A DNA stretch of 64,000 nt from Octopus vulgaris (Eukaryota), in the NCBI GenBank assembly GCA_951406725.2, contig OX597819.1, positions 7,440,001 through 7,504,000 on the forward strand. The letters are read 5' to 3'. The position numbers and the translations under genes are program-made. Within the stretch, counting starts at the first letter, position 1. Every line of letters begins with the position of its first letter. The notes beneath the pieces are model-generated. The model made no database searches, was not told the origin of the DNA, and worked only from the letters and a program-made list of their open reading frames with translations. This document shows positions 63,464 to 64,000 of the stretch, piece after piece.

Positions 63464-63856
63464 AGGAGTGGCTGTGTGGTAAGTAGCTTGCTTACGAACC
63501 ACATGGTTCCGGGTTCAGTCGCACTGCATAGCACCTTGGGCAAGTGTCTTCTGCTATAGCCTAGGGCCGACCAAAGCCTTGTGAGTGGATTTGGTAGACG
63601 GAAACTGAAAGAAGCCCGTCGTATATATGTATATATATATATGTGTGTGTGTTTGTGTGTCTGTGTTTGTCCCCCTAGCATTGCTTGACAACCGATGCTG
63701 GTGTGTTTACGTCCCCGTCACTTAGCGGTTCGGCAAAAGAGACCGATAGAATAAGTACTGGGCTTACAAAGAATAAGTCCCGGGGTCGATTTGCTCGACT
63801 AAAGGCGGTGCTCCAGCATGGCCGCAGTCAACTGACTGAAACAAGTAAAAGAGTAA
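63464..63856 (+). mobile_element. SINE family A
   Basis: Near full length. Confidence 0.95.
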
Positions 63857-64000
63857 GCTATTTTATTAGATTCTTCATTATTTTCAAAATAAGTTGAAAC
63901 AAAAGACGGTGTATTTCAACAGAAATATGATATGATGATCAAAGGATTAAAGTGGGTCTTGGCAGGATCCTCTTTTAAGAAAGAGATTGGGTGCTAGTTG

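Overview
AT-rich, repeat-dense eukaryotic DNA. The SINE, RTE and MITE families look like those of Octopus (recognised from memory, not by search). No complete host protein-coding gene is visible, and nearly all tracked ORFs are repeat read-throughs. The window holds three tRNA-derived SINE families, two RTE LINEs with a PHD-type finger after the RT core, many RTE 3'-tail copies, CR1, mariner and Tigger fossils, four non-autonomous Helitrons, and TTAA and hAT MITEs. CpG is retained at about 19.6-30 kb and depleted on both sides, and three low-confidence candidate first or coding exons lie in or at the edges of that zone. The most notable signal is a set of short Penelope-derived fold-back elements and one solo locus carrying type I hammerhead-ribozyme-like motifs, three with a CCGA instead of CUGA core. 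Other oddities are a circularly permuted ~500-bp local duplication, a SINE with a twin-priming-like inversion and a SINE insertion that captured nearby DNA. Repeat boundaries were read by eye and are approximate.
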